64,000 nt of DNA from Chrysemys picta bellii (Eukaryota): NCBI RefSeq assembly GCF_011386835.1, contig NC_088796.1, forward strand, positions 84,568,001 to 84,632,000, written 5' to 3'. A program made the translations under genes and the position numbers. The notes beneath the pieces were generated by a model, which saw only the letters and a list, made by a program, of their open reading frames with translations, was not told the origin of the DNA and ran no database searches. Positions within the stretch are counted from its first letter, which is position 1. Each line of letters starts with the position of its first letter. Positions 38,400-50,462 of the stretch are shown one piece after another.

Positions 38400-39450
38400 G
38401 CAATGCAACAGTCGCCCAGAGGGGCTGGTGACGTCAGGTCTAATACTCATTAACGCAAGGGGTCCTGTCTAATGGCTGGGTGTCCACTGGGCTGGGACTG
38501 AGGAGACCTCGGTCCTATTCCTGGTGCGCTGCTGGCTGGGTGACCTTGGGCAATGGATGCTCCCCATCCCCAGGTGCCGCTGCGAGCAGGCTGCCTGGCG
38601 CTGACCTGGCTGGTCGCCCAGCTCTACGGCAACGCGAGGGTTAAACACTACCCATAAGGCAGGGGTGGGGCGGGACGAGGAAAAGGCGCCGGCATCACGT
38701 GACCGGGCGGCTCTGTCGCGGTCGGGGTGGGTCGGTGCTAGGACCCACCCATACGACCCGCTCCGCTGCTCCGGCCCCGCCCTCCTCTGCCGCAGGCCGG
38801 AAGCGCTGCGGAGCGGGTCAGTGACGTTGTTTCCGGTAGGGGCTTGGAGCGAAGCGGCGGCAATCACGTGGTGGTGGCGGTCACTGTGGCTGGGGAGCGC
38901 TGCCCCTCCCCCTCCGCGGCTGCAGATGAAGGTGCCGGTGGGAGCACGCCCCGAGCCTGCCCCGACCCCGCCGCTCTGCCGTCCCGGCTGCACCGGGAGG
39001 ATGGGAGCGAAATGAGCCCCGAGCCGGAGCCGCCGCCAGCCCCGGCCGGGGAGGCGGAGGCGCCAGCAGCAGCAGCAGCAGCTGGGGAAGGCGGCGAGAA
39101 GCGGGGCATCTGCGTCATGCTGGTGAAAAGGATCGGCCTGAAACCGGGCGGCAGCAGCGCGGTGAGTGCGGGGCGGGGGCGCCTGTGGTTGGGGCAGGTG
39201 GGTGAGATCCTGCCCGCCGCCTCCCCGGCGGGTGCTGCCCAGCCCGGCGGCGGGTCCGTTTCTCAAAGGCGGGTGAGGGGTGGTGCTCGCTGGCCTGGGG
39301 CTCGCACCGCATCTCCGGTGCCCGGGGACGCCGCACTGGCTGCGGTGACACTGTGCTAGGGCGGCGGGACCGTGAGGCTCCTTGTGCCGATCCGTTCTCC
39401 CCCTATGCGGGGCAGCCCTGTAGCGCGGAGGTTTCCATCCTCACTTTGTT
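38400..39450. promoter_or_regulatory. CpG island promoter of MFSD14B (possibly bidirectional)
   Basis: High GC and CpG content spanning exon 1. Motifs seen: CRE TGACGTCA (38429-38436), TCACGTGA (38695-38702), GC boxes, ETS-type CCGGAAG (about 38798), second CACGTG (about 38865). No TATA box seen. Confidence 0.85.
39012..39161 (+). CDS. MFSD14B: MFSD14B (HIATL1), coding exon 1
   Basis: MSPEPEPPPAPAGEAEAPAAAAAAGEGGEKRGICVMLVKRIGLKPGGSSA, 150 nt, GTgagt donor, phase 0; joins exon 2 in frame. Confidence 0.85.
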
Positions 39451-40639
39451 CAGAGCGTTTCCATTGTCTGCAGCCTGGGGGGAATAAATAGCCGGTTCCT
39501 ACTTAGAGCCAGGGCTGTAGCCTCCTTGTTTCCTCTTCATGAGAACAGCAAATTGTCAGTCGGGGCAACTTTCTATGTCTCTTACTCTTAAAAGTTGACT
39601 TTGGGAGGGATACAAAGGCGCTAACCGGAAATAATTTGAATTTATTTCCTAGGATATAGGCACAGAAATTATCTTTGGTAGTCGAATTGGTTAATGGCTC
39701 ACCGCATGCATAATTAAATAACCCCCTAACGCCCCGTGCATGGGGAAAATCCAGTTTGTATTTAGGGTGTATTGCATACACTCTTCTGAAGTTGGGAGTG
39801 TCATTAACAGCGTCCTTTATAGTAGTTTCACTTCACTGTGAATGAACTTCCACATACCAAATGTAGGTTAAAATGTTCAGTTGGTTGGAGTAAAAACTCT
39901 GCTTAACTTGCTACTAACTTGCAGTGGGTTTTGCAGCTCCTTTTGTCAAGTGGACCATAATGTTGTAAACAGTTGGTGCAGAGTGAATTTGGTTTCAAAC
40001 CCAATCTGTTGTACTGGTTGAAAAGTTGTACGGAAGGCTTCTGCAGTTGTCCTGCTGCTCTCCCCTAACTAACCTCGAGTTACAAAACTTTGGTCCGAGT
40101 TTCTATTACTCTGTTTCAGATAAAGGAAGTTACAGTTTGTGTGAGCCCTGGGTAGATGGTATATAAGGAATATTTAATCTCTTCCTGTGTTTATCTTTCT
40201 ATCCTTGGCATTTCTAATTTATGTGAATATGTGGTAACTTCTCTCTGCCTCTTCTAGCAAGCTATAGCCATAGAGCTATTATCTACTTTAAAGGATACTG
40301 TCAACTTGAAATCCAGTCTATTTAAAAGTAGCTTCAGGTAATAGATCTGCTCCTGAATCTCCCAGCCCATTTTTGTTTCAGCACTTTCTAGTTGTCTTTC
40401 TTTCTCCGTTTCTTTGTGAACCTGATGCAGTCTATTGGCTATGTCTAAATTAGAAACCCTACAGAGGCATGTCTGTAGTGTAGACACTTATTACAGGGAT
40501 GGAAATGTTCTTCTGTTGATGTAATCGCTACCACCTCTTGGAGAAGTGGATTTAAGTCATAGAAGAGTACTTCCATTGATCTAGTGGTGTCTGATCTGGT
40601 GCTTAGCTCAATTTGACTATGTACATTGTACAGGGGGTG

Positions 40640-40952
40640 AAATTTTTCCACAGAGCTCATTTGGAATGGGAATGAGGCAGCCTCAGAAACAAAAATAAAG
40701 CAAGTACAGTACTGTGTTAAATGTAAACTACTAAAAAAAAAAAAGGGAAAGCTTTTTAAAAAAATGACAAAGTAAGGAAACAGTTTCTGTGCTTGTTGCA
40801 TTTAAATTAAGGTGGTTAAAAGCAGCATTAAGTCAATGTTCATTTGTAAACTTTTGAAAGAACAACCAAAACGTTTTGTTCAGAGTTACAAACATTTCAG
40901 AGTTACGAGCAACCTCTGTTCCAGAGGCATTCATAACTCTGAGGTTCTACTG
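40640..40952. mobile_element. Tigger/Tc1-mariner-like fragment
   Basis: Ends gaggttctactg followed by TA; resembles recalled turtle Tigger non-autonomous elements; other end missing. Confidence 0.45.
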
Positions 40953-42284
40953 TATTTTGTAATGTCAGTTTAGGTCATCTCAGCTGAAACCCATGTGATT
41001 GTCATATTGCTAGACTTCTGTATGATGAGTATTTATTGAATGGGGTTATTCAAGCTAAAATAATAAGGGCCAAGTTTTGTCTTGATGGGTGTGTGCTTGC
41101 AAAGCTCCCTTTGAGGTTAGGAGGATTGCAGTGTTGTGATCTGAAGTCAGAAATTTGCCTTTTGGCATTTGATAAAAGAAGAAATACTATGAAATGAATT
41201 TTTGGTCAGCTATTTGATCTGGCTTTGTATTTGATCTCTACAGTAGATGCCATGTTTGGCAGGACAGAAGAATTATGACAATGGATTTTAAACTGATTTG
41301 TTTTGACGAAGTGGAAGAGTATTTGGAAGTAAGTCTGTCTTGTTGTCCAAGTTTCTTCATCTTTTTCAGTTTTGGAAAATAGGTTTTTTATGTCAGGAAT
41401 TAATTTCCCTATTTAAGTTTTGCTTTTGTTGAAGTTTGTTTTTAATTGTTCTCTTATATTGTAGAAATAAGACACACAAAACTTTTCAGTGAATGTGACC
41501 TTTTCAAAATCAATTGTATTTTCCTTGAAACTAATATCAGAAGTCTGTAGTCATTTAAGTGAATTCTAATGGTATTAAATACATTTACGCTGGCAATATA
41601 AACTTCATAATTTTAGCTTTAATTGTCTTCTAAAATTAAATTTACACTTTGGTTGGACATTGGGTTGGTTTCTACACAAGTGCCTGCTGGCAGTACTATA
41701 CATTCTGATGGTATGGAGTTAAATTAATTTACCATGGTATTGATTTTAAGTTTTGCAACCATGGAGGAGGTTCATATAATAAACTTTTTACAACTAAAGA
41801 AGTTTTTTTTTAGTAACACTGATAGTATTGAATAATAGTTATTTTGCTAACTTATTGTGGTCTATTTTGCAAAAAGGTTTTTCCTTTTACAAATTTAAGT
41901 GCAGAAGAGGGAATATGCCTGTAACTTTTTCTGAATTAGTAATAATTCAAACATTTGTTTTCTAACACTGAAATTCTACAGCTTCCACATAAACTAGTTT
42001 CTTATGACAAAACTATAAATGTATATCCATTTTCAATTACTGATTATTCTTGAGTAATTTTTTTGCTATTAAAAAGCTGAGACTTGAATAACGTTGTTAC
42101 CATTTTTCATGATAACATTATCTTCAGCGTAACACAAATGGAGCAGTGTTCAAGAAATGCTTGAAGCACCTGGCCTTGAATTTATTCCTCCAGACTGGTT
42201 TACACTTGCAGATCAGCTAGTAGATTCTGCAAGTGAAGTAGCAGAGGAAATTGTTTTTTAAAATTCAGGGACTTAACACCAACC

Positions 42285-43778
42285 AACATATTTTTGGATG
42301 TTTTTCTACATTTTCAAATATATTGATTGCTATTACAACACAGAATACAAAGTGTACAGTACTCACTTTATATTATTATTTTTGATTACAAATATTTGCA
42401 CTGTAAACAAAAATATGATTTTTCAGTTCACCTCATACAAGTACTGTAGTGCAAGCTTTGTCGTGAAAGTGTAATTTACAAATGTAAATTTTTGTTTGTT
42501 AGTTACATAATTGCACCCAAAAGCAAAACAATGTAAAACTTTAGAACCTACAAGTCCACTCAGTCCAACTTCTTGTTCAGCCAATCGCTCAGACAAACAA
42601 GTTTGGTTACAATTTGCAGGAGATAATGCTGCCCACGTCTTGTTTACAATGTCACCTGAAAGTGAGAACAGGCGTTCACATGGCACTTTTGTAGCCGGCG
42701 TTGCAAGGTATTTACATGCCAGATATGCTAAACATTCATATGCCCCTTCATGCTTTGGCCACCATTCCAGAGGACATGCTTCCATTCTGATGATGCTCGT
42801 TTAAAAAAAATGTGTTAACTAAATTTGTGATTGAACTCTTTGGGGGAGAACTGTATATCTCCTGTTCTGTTTTACCCACATTCTGCCATATATTTCATGT
42901 TATAGCAGTCTCAGATGATGACCCAGCACATGTTCATGTTAAGAACACTTTCACAGCAGATTTGACAAAACGCAAAGAAGGTACCAATGTGAGATTTCAA
43001 AGGATAGATACAGCAATCGACCCAAGGTTTAAGAATCTGAAGTGCCTTCCAAAATCCGAGAGGGACAAGTTGTGGAGAATGCTTTAAAGCAACACTCAGA
43101 TGCAGAAACTACAGAACCCGAACTACCAAAAAAGAAAATCAACCTTCTGCTGGTGGCATCTGACTCAGATGAAAATGAACATGCATCAGTCCGCTCTGCT
43201 TTGGATTGTTATCGAGCAGAACCCATCACCAGCATGGACGCATATATTCTGGAATGGTGGTTGAAGCATGAAGGGAATTATGAATCTTCAGCACATCTGG
43301 CACGTAAATATCTTGCGATGCCAGCTACAACAGTGCCTTGCGAATGCCTGTTCTCACTTTCAGGTGACGTAAACAAGACGTGGGCAGCATTATCTCCTGC
43401 AAATTGTAATCAAACTTGTTTGTCTGAGCGATTGGCTGAACAAGAAGTAGGGCTGAGTGGACTTGTAGGTTCTAAAGTTTTACGTTGTTTTATTTTTGAA
43501 TGCAGTTATTTTTTGTACATAATTCTACATTTGTAAGTTCAACTTTCATGATAAAGAGATTGTACTACAATACTTGTATTAGGTAAATTGAAATATACCA
43601 TTTCTTTTATTTTTTGCAGTGCAAATATTTGTAATAAAAATATAAAGTGAGCACTGCACACTTTGTATTGTGTTAATTGAAATCAATATATTTAAAAATG
43701 TAGAAAACCTCCAAAAATATTTAAATAAATGGTATTCTATTATTGTTTAACAGTGTGATTAATTGCTTGACAGCCCTA
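42285..43778. mobile_element. Non-autonomous hAT element with inverted duplicated transposase C-terminus (hATC dimerisation domain)
   Basis: CPLEWW.KHEG.Y..LA.LA.KYLA.PAT.VPCE.LFSLSGD occurs on both strands (ORFs 42423-42785 - and 43042-43536 +). Right TIR gcttgacagcccta at about 43765-43778; left terminus missing. Confidence 0.88.
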
Positions 43779-44029
43779 ATAATTATAGATTGACCTCCAA
43801 AGTCCCACACCATTTAGAATTCACTATGTGGGCTCTTTGCAGTCAGTCTTAGTTTGGTTCTTGTTATGGAGATGGTCCCATGAGTATAGGCTAGTCAGTG
43901 CTCTTACTGCTTCACTTCTGCAGCTTTCAACACTCAGTCAGAAAGTGCTGTTAACTTGATTTTGTGACCGCATTTGAGTAGATGGCACATCCCTTCAAAG
44001 GCTTCAGTCAGTTCTCTCAAACAGGACCC

Positions 44030-44720
44030 AGAATGTGGTGATTGAGGCTGTTCCCATTCCCCTGAAGGTCCTTGTATATGCAGTCCCACAGGGATCTATT
44101 TTGTTGCCATCGCCTATTGAATATTTACATGAGGCTGAGTTTGTAAGGCATCCCAGGCTCTGCTGTCAACCATATGCTAAGCAGGGATTTGGAGCAATCA
44201 AATTTTTGAATTGCTCCGCTCCGGGTCCGCTCCAGCTCTGGGCAAAAACCTACTGGTCTGCGCTCCAGCTCCGGGCTCCGCTCCAAAGCCCTGATGCTAA
44301 GCACACCCTGCTTATATTTTCTGTTCAATAGATGCAATCAACCCTTTTACAAAGATGTCTGCAAGGCTATTGGCAGTTTGTGATCAGACTACATTGGAAA
44401 CTCTCCCTCTGTCCATTAGTCTCTGATAAAGTTGCACTATGCTAGGTCAATGCAGATGTTGCAATGATGTTTGATGTAATCCTTGGATGTATAAATGGTA
44501 GGAGTAGGAGTATGCATCTGTATGCAGCGTTGATGAGATCTTTACAGGAATACTGTGTCCACACTTCAACAAGAATGTTGAAAAATTAAGATAGGATTTA
44601 GAGAATAGCTACAAGAATGTGTGAGCCTGTTAAACCTGTCTTCCATTTTCTGCACTAGCTTCGCATAGAATATCAAGTCAAGTTCAAGGTCTCAGTCCTT
44701 ATCTTCAAGGATACAGTCAG
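44030..44720 (+). mobile_element. L2/CR1-group LINE relic interrupted by a MITE
   Basis: AVPQGSIL RT motif at about 44080; degenerate CR1-like sequence at 44420-44600. Confidence 0.45.
44182..44293. mobile_element. 112-bp hAT-type MITE
   Basis: TIRs cagggatttggagc / gctccaaagccctg; perfect 8-bp TSD atgctaag. Confidence 0.92.
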
Positions 44721-46011
44721 TGCTTTGATTTAAATCAGGTATTTAAATAACTGATTTTAATGATTTAAAGCAGAAAGCAGGAAACCTTGATTTAAAATTA
44801 TTTTAATCTTGTTTTGCTTTTAACTTCTTGGTTGCTATCCTAAAGAGGGGAGGTGCATTCTCATTGGTTGGTATAACCATTAAAACTTGTTTATTTGCAA
44901 CCAAATATGGGTTTTAAACTAAATTTGATATTAATATTCGCTAACCAGGACTGTATATTATCTCTCTGCGCATTTATTTAAGCAGTGTTATAACTGAACA
45001 TATACTTATTCACACTTGTAATTTTCTACATTATTTTTGTTAGAAAACAGTGAATGGTACGTTTCTTACTAGATAACTTTTTACTTATGATTTATATCAA
45101 GTTGCATGTGGATGGAAATTGAATTCCTGTTAAAAATGCACAAAACTAACCTTTTAAGATTCTTCTTAGTTAAATAAAATTATCTTAAATGTGCTGGATG
45201 CATAAGAGTTTTAAGAAAATGTCTTTTGCATTTAAAACTGATTTATTAAACAAAGGAAGTATTAAATGCAGTTAGTGAATTGAATTTCTGGTCACCATGG
45301 GCTGCATTTTCAAAGGTAGTTAGGAGCGTAAAGATGCAGATATACCTAGTGGTATTTTCAAAAGTGCCTAAGCAAGTTAGATGCCTAATTCCCATTGTCA
45401 TTCATGCTTTCTCTTGTGTAGATCTCATCCTCTCCCACCTGTTTTTTATTGATAGACTTCAAGAGGAAAACAAACTTTCCGGCTTTTTCAACAGCTAATT
45501 GGTTTCTCAGCTTTGAATGAACTGGTCCAAATTAAGAGTACAAACTGAAAGTACTTACATTGGGAGGAAAGAAAAGAGAAGACTGAAAATAATATAGATA
45601 CTTAATGTGTCACTGTGACATACTTGTAAAGCTTGAGTTGACCTCAAAAGTCAGATATTCCCCCCCGATTGTACACACAGTTAAAAAAGCAGCACCCTTT
45701 ATTTAAAAAAGCAGCACACATTAAAATTTGAGGGTTCCTTGGTGCAACATGTTTTCATTCATTTAAATGATTTTAGTGAATTATAGTAAGTTTAGGCCTT
45801 AACATAAATTGTCATAATTTCAAATTTAATTTTAAAAAGGGTTCTTTTTAAAAAGAAACTTATTTAAAGAAATTAATTTAAATAAAAATAATAAATTGAC
45901 TTTTTTAAAAGTAAAGGTTTCCTCTACTCTGCACTCTAGGGCCTGACCTAGGGTAGATCTGATTGCTTGAAATGCAGGGATGACAATGAAGTTTGACAAC
46001 TCCACATCTTG

Positions 46012-46275
46012 GGCCTTGTCTACACTTACAGCAGATCGACATTGCGATCGATTCAGCAGGGGTCAATTTAGCGGGTCTAGTGAAGACCCACTAAATCGAC
46101 TGCAGAGCGCTTTCTGGTCGACTTTGGTACTCCACCGAAACGAGAAAATTAAGGTAAGTCGACGAGAAAGCGTCTCCCGTCAGTGTAGCACAGTGAAGAC
46201 ACAGCAGTGAGTCAACCTAAGCTATGCGGAGTAGCGTAACTTATGTTGACTTACCGCAGTAGTGTAGACAAGGTC
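46012..46275. mobile_element. PIF/Harbinger-type MITE
   Basis: TIRs ggccttgtctacact / agtgtagacaaggtc; 3-bp TSD TTG. Confidence 0.85.
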
Positions 46276-48233
46276 TTGGGCAGAATAATACTTTCTACTT
46301 AAAAGGTAAAGCTAGTCTGCTGAAGGCAGCAGTTTCTAAGGGACTGGAACCAAGTCCAGAGAAAAGAGGCTATCATAAACCTCTCCACCTTCTGCTCTGA
46401 GTGCAAGATACCCTTCTTTATGCTTGCTGTCTCTAATAGAGACATATAGCAGCATGTACATATTTAAAAAGTAAACTGACAGCAGCACAAAAAAAACTAC
46501 CAAAATGCTATACTGCTGCACTCACTTCTTCCCTTAGCAAGATGAGAGAACAAACCACATGTGACAGATGTTTGTGGAAGGTGCTTGAATACTATGGAAA
46601 TGAAGATGGTATAAGAACCCTTCTAGAATAGAGAGCTCTGGAAACCTGCTGTATATTGAGACAATCTAGATTTTCTTTAACCAGAGGAAAGGTTCAGAGG
46701 AGATCAGTTCACGGCATGGGGAGAAGATTTTTTTGGTAGTAGAAGACTCTTTAATGTAGCCATCAGATATAATGAGATTCAATGGCTGGAAACAGACGTG
46801 AGCCAATTACATACAATAAGGTGCATTTCTAAAATAGTGTAATTAACTATTGGAACTCGACAAAGGATCTGGTGGATTCTCCATTGCTTGAAATCAGTAT
46901 TAGATGTATTTCTACAAAATATGCTCTTAGTCTATTGTAAATTTGATTCAGGAATTATGAGATGAAATTCTGTTTGTTATGCTGGGATTTAAACTAGATT
47001 GATCATAATGGTCCCTTCTGGTCTTTTCCTAAGAAAATTCTCTCCTCAGCACTTAAATACTATAGTGACAGACTTTTTAGAAACATCTTAAATAGGAGAA
47101 TACCTAAGTTACATGATTGATTGTGAAACAAATAAGTTGAGTAAGAGCTAAATACCTGGAAAAATAATTATTCATTTCAAGAATGTGCATATTTACACCC
47201 AATGTAGAAGTTGCTTCTTTAAAGTACGGCATGGTTTCCTGATTTCTTATAGATTAATGCTTAGTGTGTCTATTACACTTTCGATTTTAAATTCAGTTTG
47301 GCAAATGAAAAATTAAACTGATCAGGATTTATTATTTGCTGAAGAAATGCTTTTTTAATTAATTCCCAATCCATAAAGCTTAGTGATGAGACATCTACAA
47401 AACTGAAAGTGGGTTTCGTTAAATAATTTTTTATGCTACTCATTCTCATTAGTAACTACTGAATTGTGGGAGTCTCTACAGTTTTCACCTAGGTTGCTGT
47501 TTGTACGAGTGGAAGAACAGCCTGGCAGGTGGTGGTGTACTAAATCTGATCAGAATCATAGGCCAGTGCTGACTAATATACAAGGTGACCAGTAGTGTGT
47601 TGACTGTCCCATTATTCCCTGCACATGTAGAACTGAGGATAAAGAAGTCAGGAAGATGGGATTGGGGGAGAAATGAAATGAAGAGCAAAAGGAGATTCTG
47701 ACTAATCTCTTAAAGACAAAATACATATTGCATTAAAGAGAGCTGAATGTAAGTAAATACTTTTGTAGCATTACTTCCATGTAAGCAACTGCTGTAGTTG
47801 CTACAAAGATTGATTGCAAAAGGGTGGGGAATCAGTCCATGCACATGAGGGAAGGTGATCCAAGGCTCATATTTCTGTTAAGATCTAGTTTTTGCTGTGG
47901 AAAGTTTGGGAATCTAAGTCCCTTGGCAATTTGATTAACTGTTTTAAAACAGGTGTTAACAAACTTTGGAATTAAATTTTCTTTATTTCTAAAGAATGAA
48001 ACTTGTTACAAAACTTCTATGTGAGTAAACCCAGAAAACTGATTTAACAGTTGTCTTTAATTCTGTCATTTTGTCATTGGTTAAAGATAAACTGTGAAAC
48101 ATAACCAATGTTTTTGTACTGTTTTTGTTTTCTGTATGTTGTATATGTTGTACTTCAAAAATGATCTTTAAGATCAGTCAGTATCTAATCTCTTTAACTT
48201 TTATCTGTTGGTGATAGATTGACAGTTACTATA

Positions 48234-48400
48234 CAGCCTGGCCACCACTTCCTGCAGCTCCCATTGGCCAGGAACGGCAAACCGCGGCCACTGGGAGCTG
48301 CGAGTGGCCGTACCTGTGGATGCTCAAGTAAACAAAGCGTCTCGCAGCCTGCCTGGGGCTCACCCTGAACAAGCTGTGAACCAAGGTTGGGAACCCCTGC
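48234..48400. mobile_element. Truncated hAT-type MITE
   Basis: Ends ggttgggaacccctg (TIR); shares the gcagctcccattggcc core with other MITEs in the window. Confidence 0.6.
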
Positions 48401-49469
48401 TATATAGTAACTGGGTGTGAATTTTATTATACAACAATCATAAAAATTAACTGAGTACTCTATTTTTTGCCATTCAGCTGTTCGGACTTGAGTTTTCTTT
48501 CTTCCCACCTCTCACTGTTCTTCAAAGGCTTTTGTGGAAAGGTAGATTTCATACTGGGCTCTGAAAATGTGCAGATAGGGTCATTTTGAGCTCTTAGTGT
48601 TCTACAGTCTAGGACCCAACATCAGAAATGCTGTTCCTCCAGTTCATGAAAGTTTTAGTTTGGACACTTTTTCTGTGGGCCCCACTCAGTGCAACTGTCT
48701 TAATGGGTGGCGTCTGAGGTAGTCTGGTCCAAAATCATTGATTATTAGTACCAGCACCTTGAATTGGACAACAAAGCGAATGGAGAATGTGGACAACTGC
48801 TGTGATGTGCGCTCTGTGGCTTGCTCCACCCTAGACAAACTGCCACATGATGTACAAGCTGCAGTTTGTTTGTGCTGGCTGACCACCCTGTGAATAGAGC
48901 AAGGTCAAAAAGCAACACTAAGGGACCACCTTTGTTTTGCTCTGCAGTTCTGTCCAAGTTTCTTATGTTGTGCATATTATGATGGTACTCAAGTTACTTT
49001 AAATTGCTTTCTGTCCAGTGGGAATGGCTATATCCATATGCCATTTAATTTGCAGTAATGACTACACAGTACTTCACTACTGTTTGTGAGCATTTGATAT
49101 CTGAAACTTCAGACTTCAGTTGCCACATACCCGCAATGTTTGAGGCATGCTGCCTAGGAACTATGTATGCTGAACAAGAGTTCCAGTATTGTATCTGAGG
49201 TCATTGGCAAAATAACTTGCGTGGAATAATTGAAACAACTCAGTGCTTGAAAAAGCACTATGGTATGATAGTGTGTAACTATCACTGAATTTGATGCTGA
49301 GTACTGTGTGTGGTTTACAAATACACATGAATCTATACCAATATAGAAAATTTACTTTCTAATGATAACACACAATAGATAAGTTCAGTGTAATTTGAAA
49401 TACTGAATTAAAGGGGACTGGATGTCTTGCAGTTTCAGTAGCAGAACAGAGACTTTGATCTGAGTGGCT

Positions 49470-49740
49470 GGTAGACTACATGAAATCAGTGCCTCGTTGT
49501 CTCATTTGGGTTCTAAAATGCCTAAAGTGAAGAAACTGCCATCACAAGTTTTTCCCTTTCAGACAGTTTTCCAGAGATGTTGAGGATTTGAAGCATGGAA
49601 GAGGTACTGTGTGCATCCCTACAGATAGTCCCTGAAGGTTAGGGTTGACGGTTGTTAGTAGGACCACATGGGGAAGCTTGCATAGTTGTTGCCCATACTG
49701 TACCTGTTTGTCGCTACGGAGCGTCAGTTCTAGTATCTTT
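49470..49740 (+). mobile_element. AmnSINE1-like (Deu-domain) ancient SINE relic
   Basis: gccatcacaa...ggttagggttga...ggggaagcttgca...gttgcccatactgtacctgtt resembles the recalled Deu-domain consensus. Confidence 0.5.
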
Positions 49741-50462
49741 AATCCAGAAAAATTATCAGGATTTGCATTGTTATGATTGTGGTATTATCAGGCCATTGTA
49801 ATTTATGTATTGTTGTATAAACTGCCAGTCAAAAGTCTTCATCAGTAAATAAGGAGACTGGAAAACAATGTAATGTCTGTTTTTAAGAGTAGAGAAAATG
49901 GCACTTGGGCACGAAAATAGATGTTACTGAAACAAAATATCATTTCATCTCATTTATTGTATTTACTCTCTGATCATCCTACAAAATGACTTATTGTAAA
50001 GCTTAGCTTCTGAGGAAGCAAAAAGACTCAATGCAAATTATCCAATGCACATGTCACCATATATATAGCAAGACAACTTTTTTCCCATCACTCTTTAGCC
50101 TGTTCTGTTTCCTTTCTAGGTCACATGTGACTCCTTATAGTAGCTTTCTTTCTCTGTTTAGAAGAAATATGGAAGAAATCTTTTCTAAGGAGAGATGTTG
50201 GAGTCATTAAAATATTGGATCTGTACGAGTGGTGCATGCTGTATAGTGTTTGAGAGCGAGGAATCTGTGTTTAATCAGTTGTGAATGTTCAGTGGCAGAC
50301 CTGAGCATAGGCAATTTTTATTAAACATTTTGCATTTCAGAAGTGTCGAATGTTGGACATGTACAAACTTTTCCGAAGATATTCTCCCTTCCTTAAAAAG
50401 TTTATAGTGTTCTACAAAGAATGGGGAAGAGAAATGCAGTTAATATATATTGAAATAGTATA

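Noticed and set aside
37726-38472. ORFs of 70-120 aa upstream of the island
   Set aside because: MITE body and CpG-island GC bias.
38469-39266. 265-aa - strand ORF antisense to MFSD14B exon 1
   Set aside because: Typical CpG-island shadow ORF; no recognisable domain and explained by composition.
43042-43536. Domesticated ZBED-like gene
   Set aside because: Only a frameshifted C-terminal transposase fragment inside a TIR-bounded, inverted-duplicated element; catalytic core missing.
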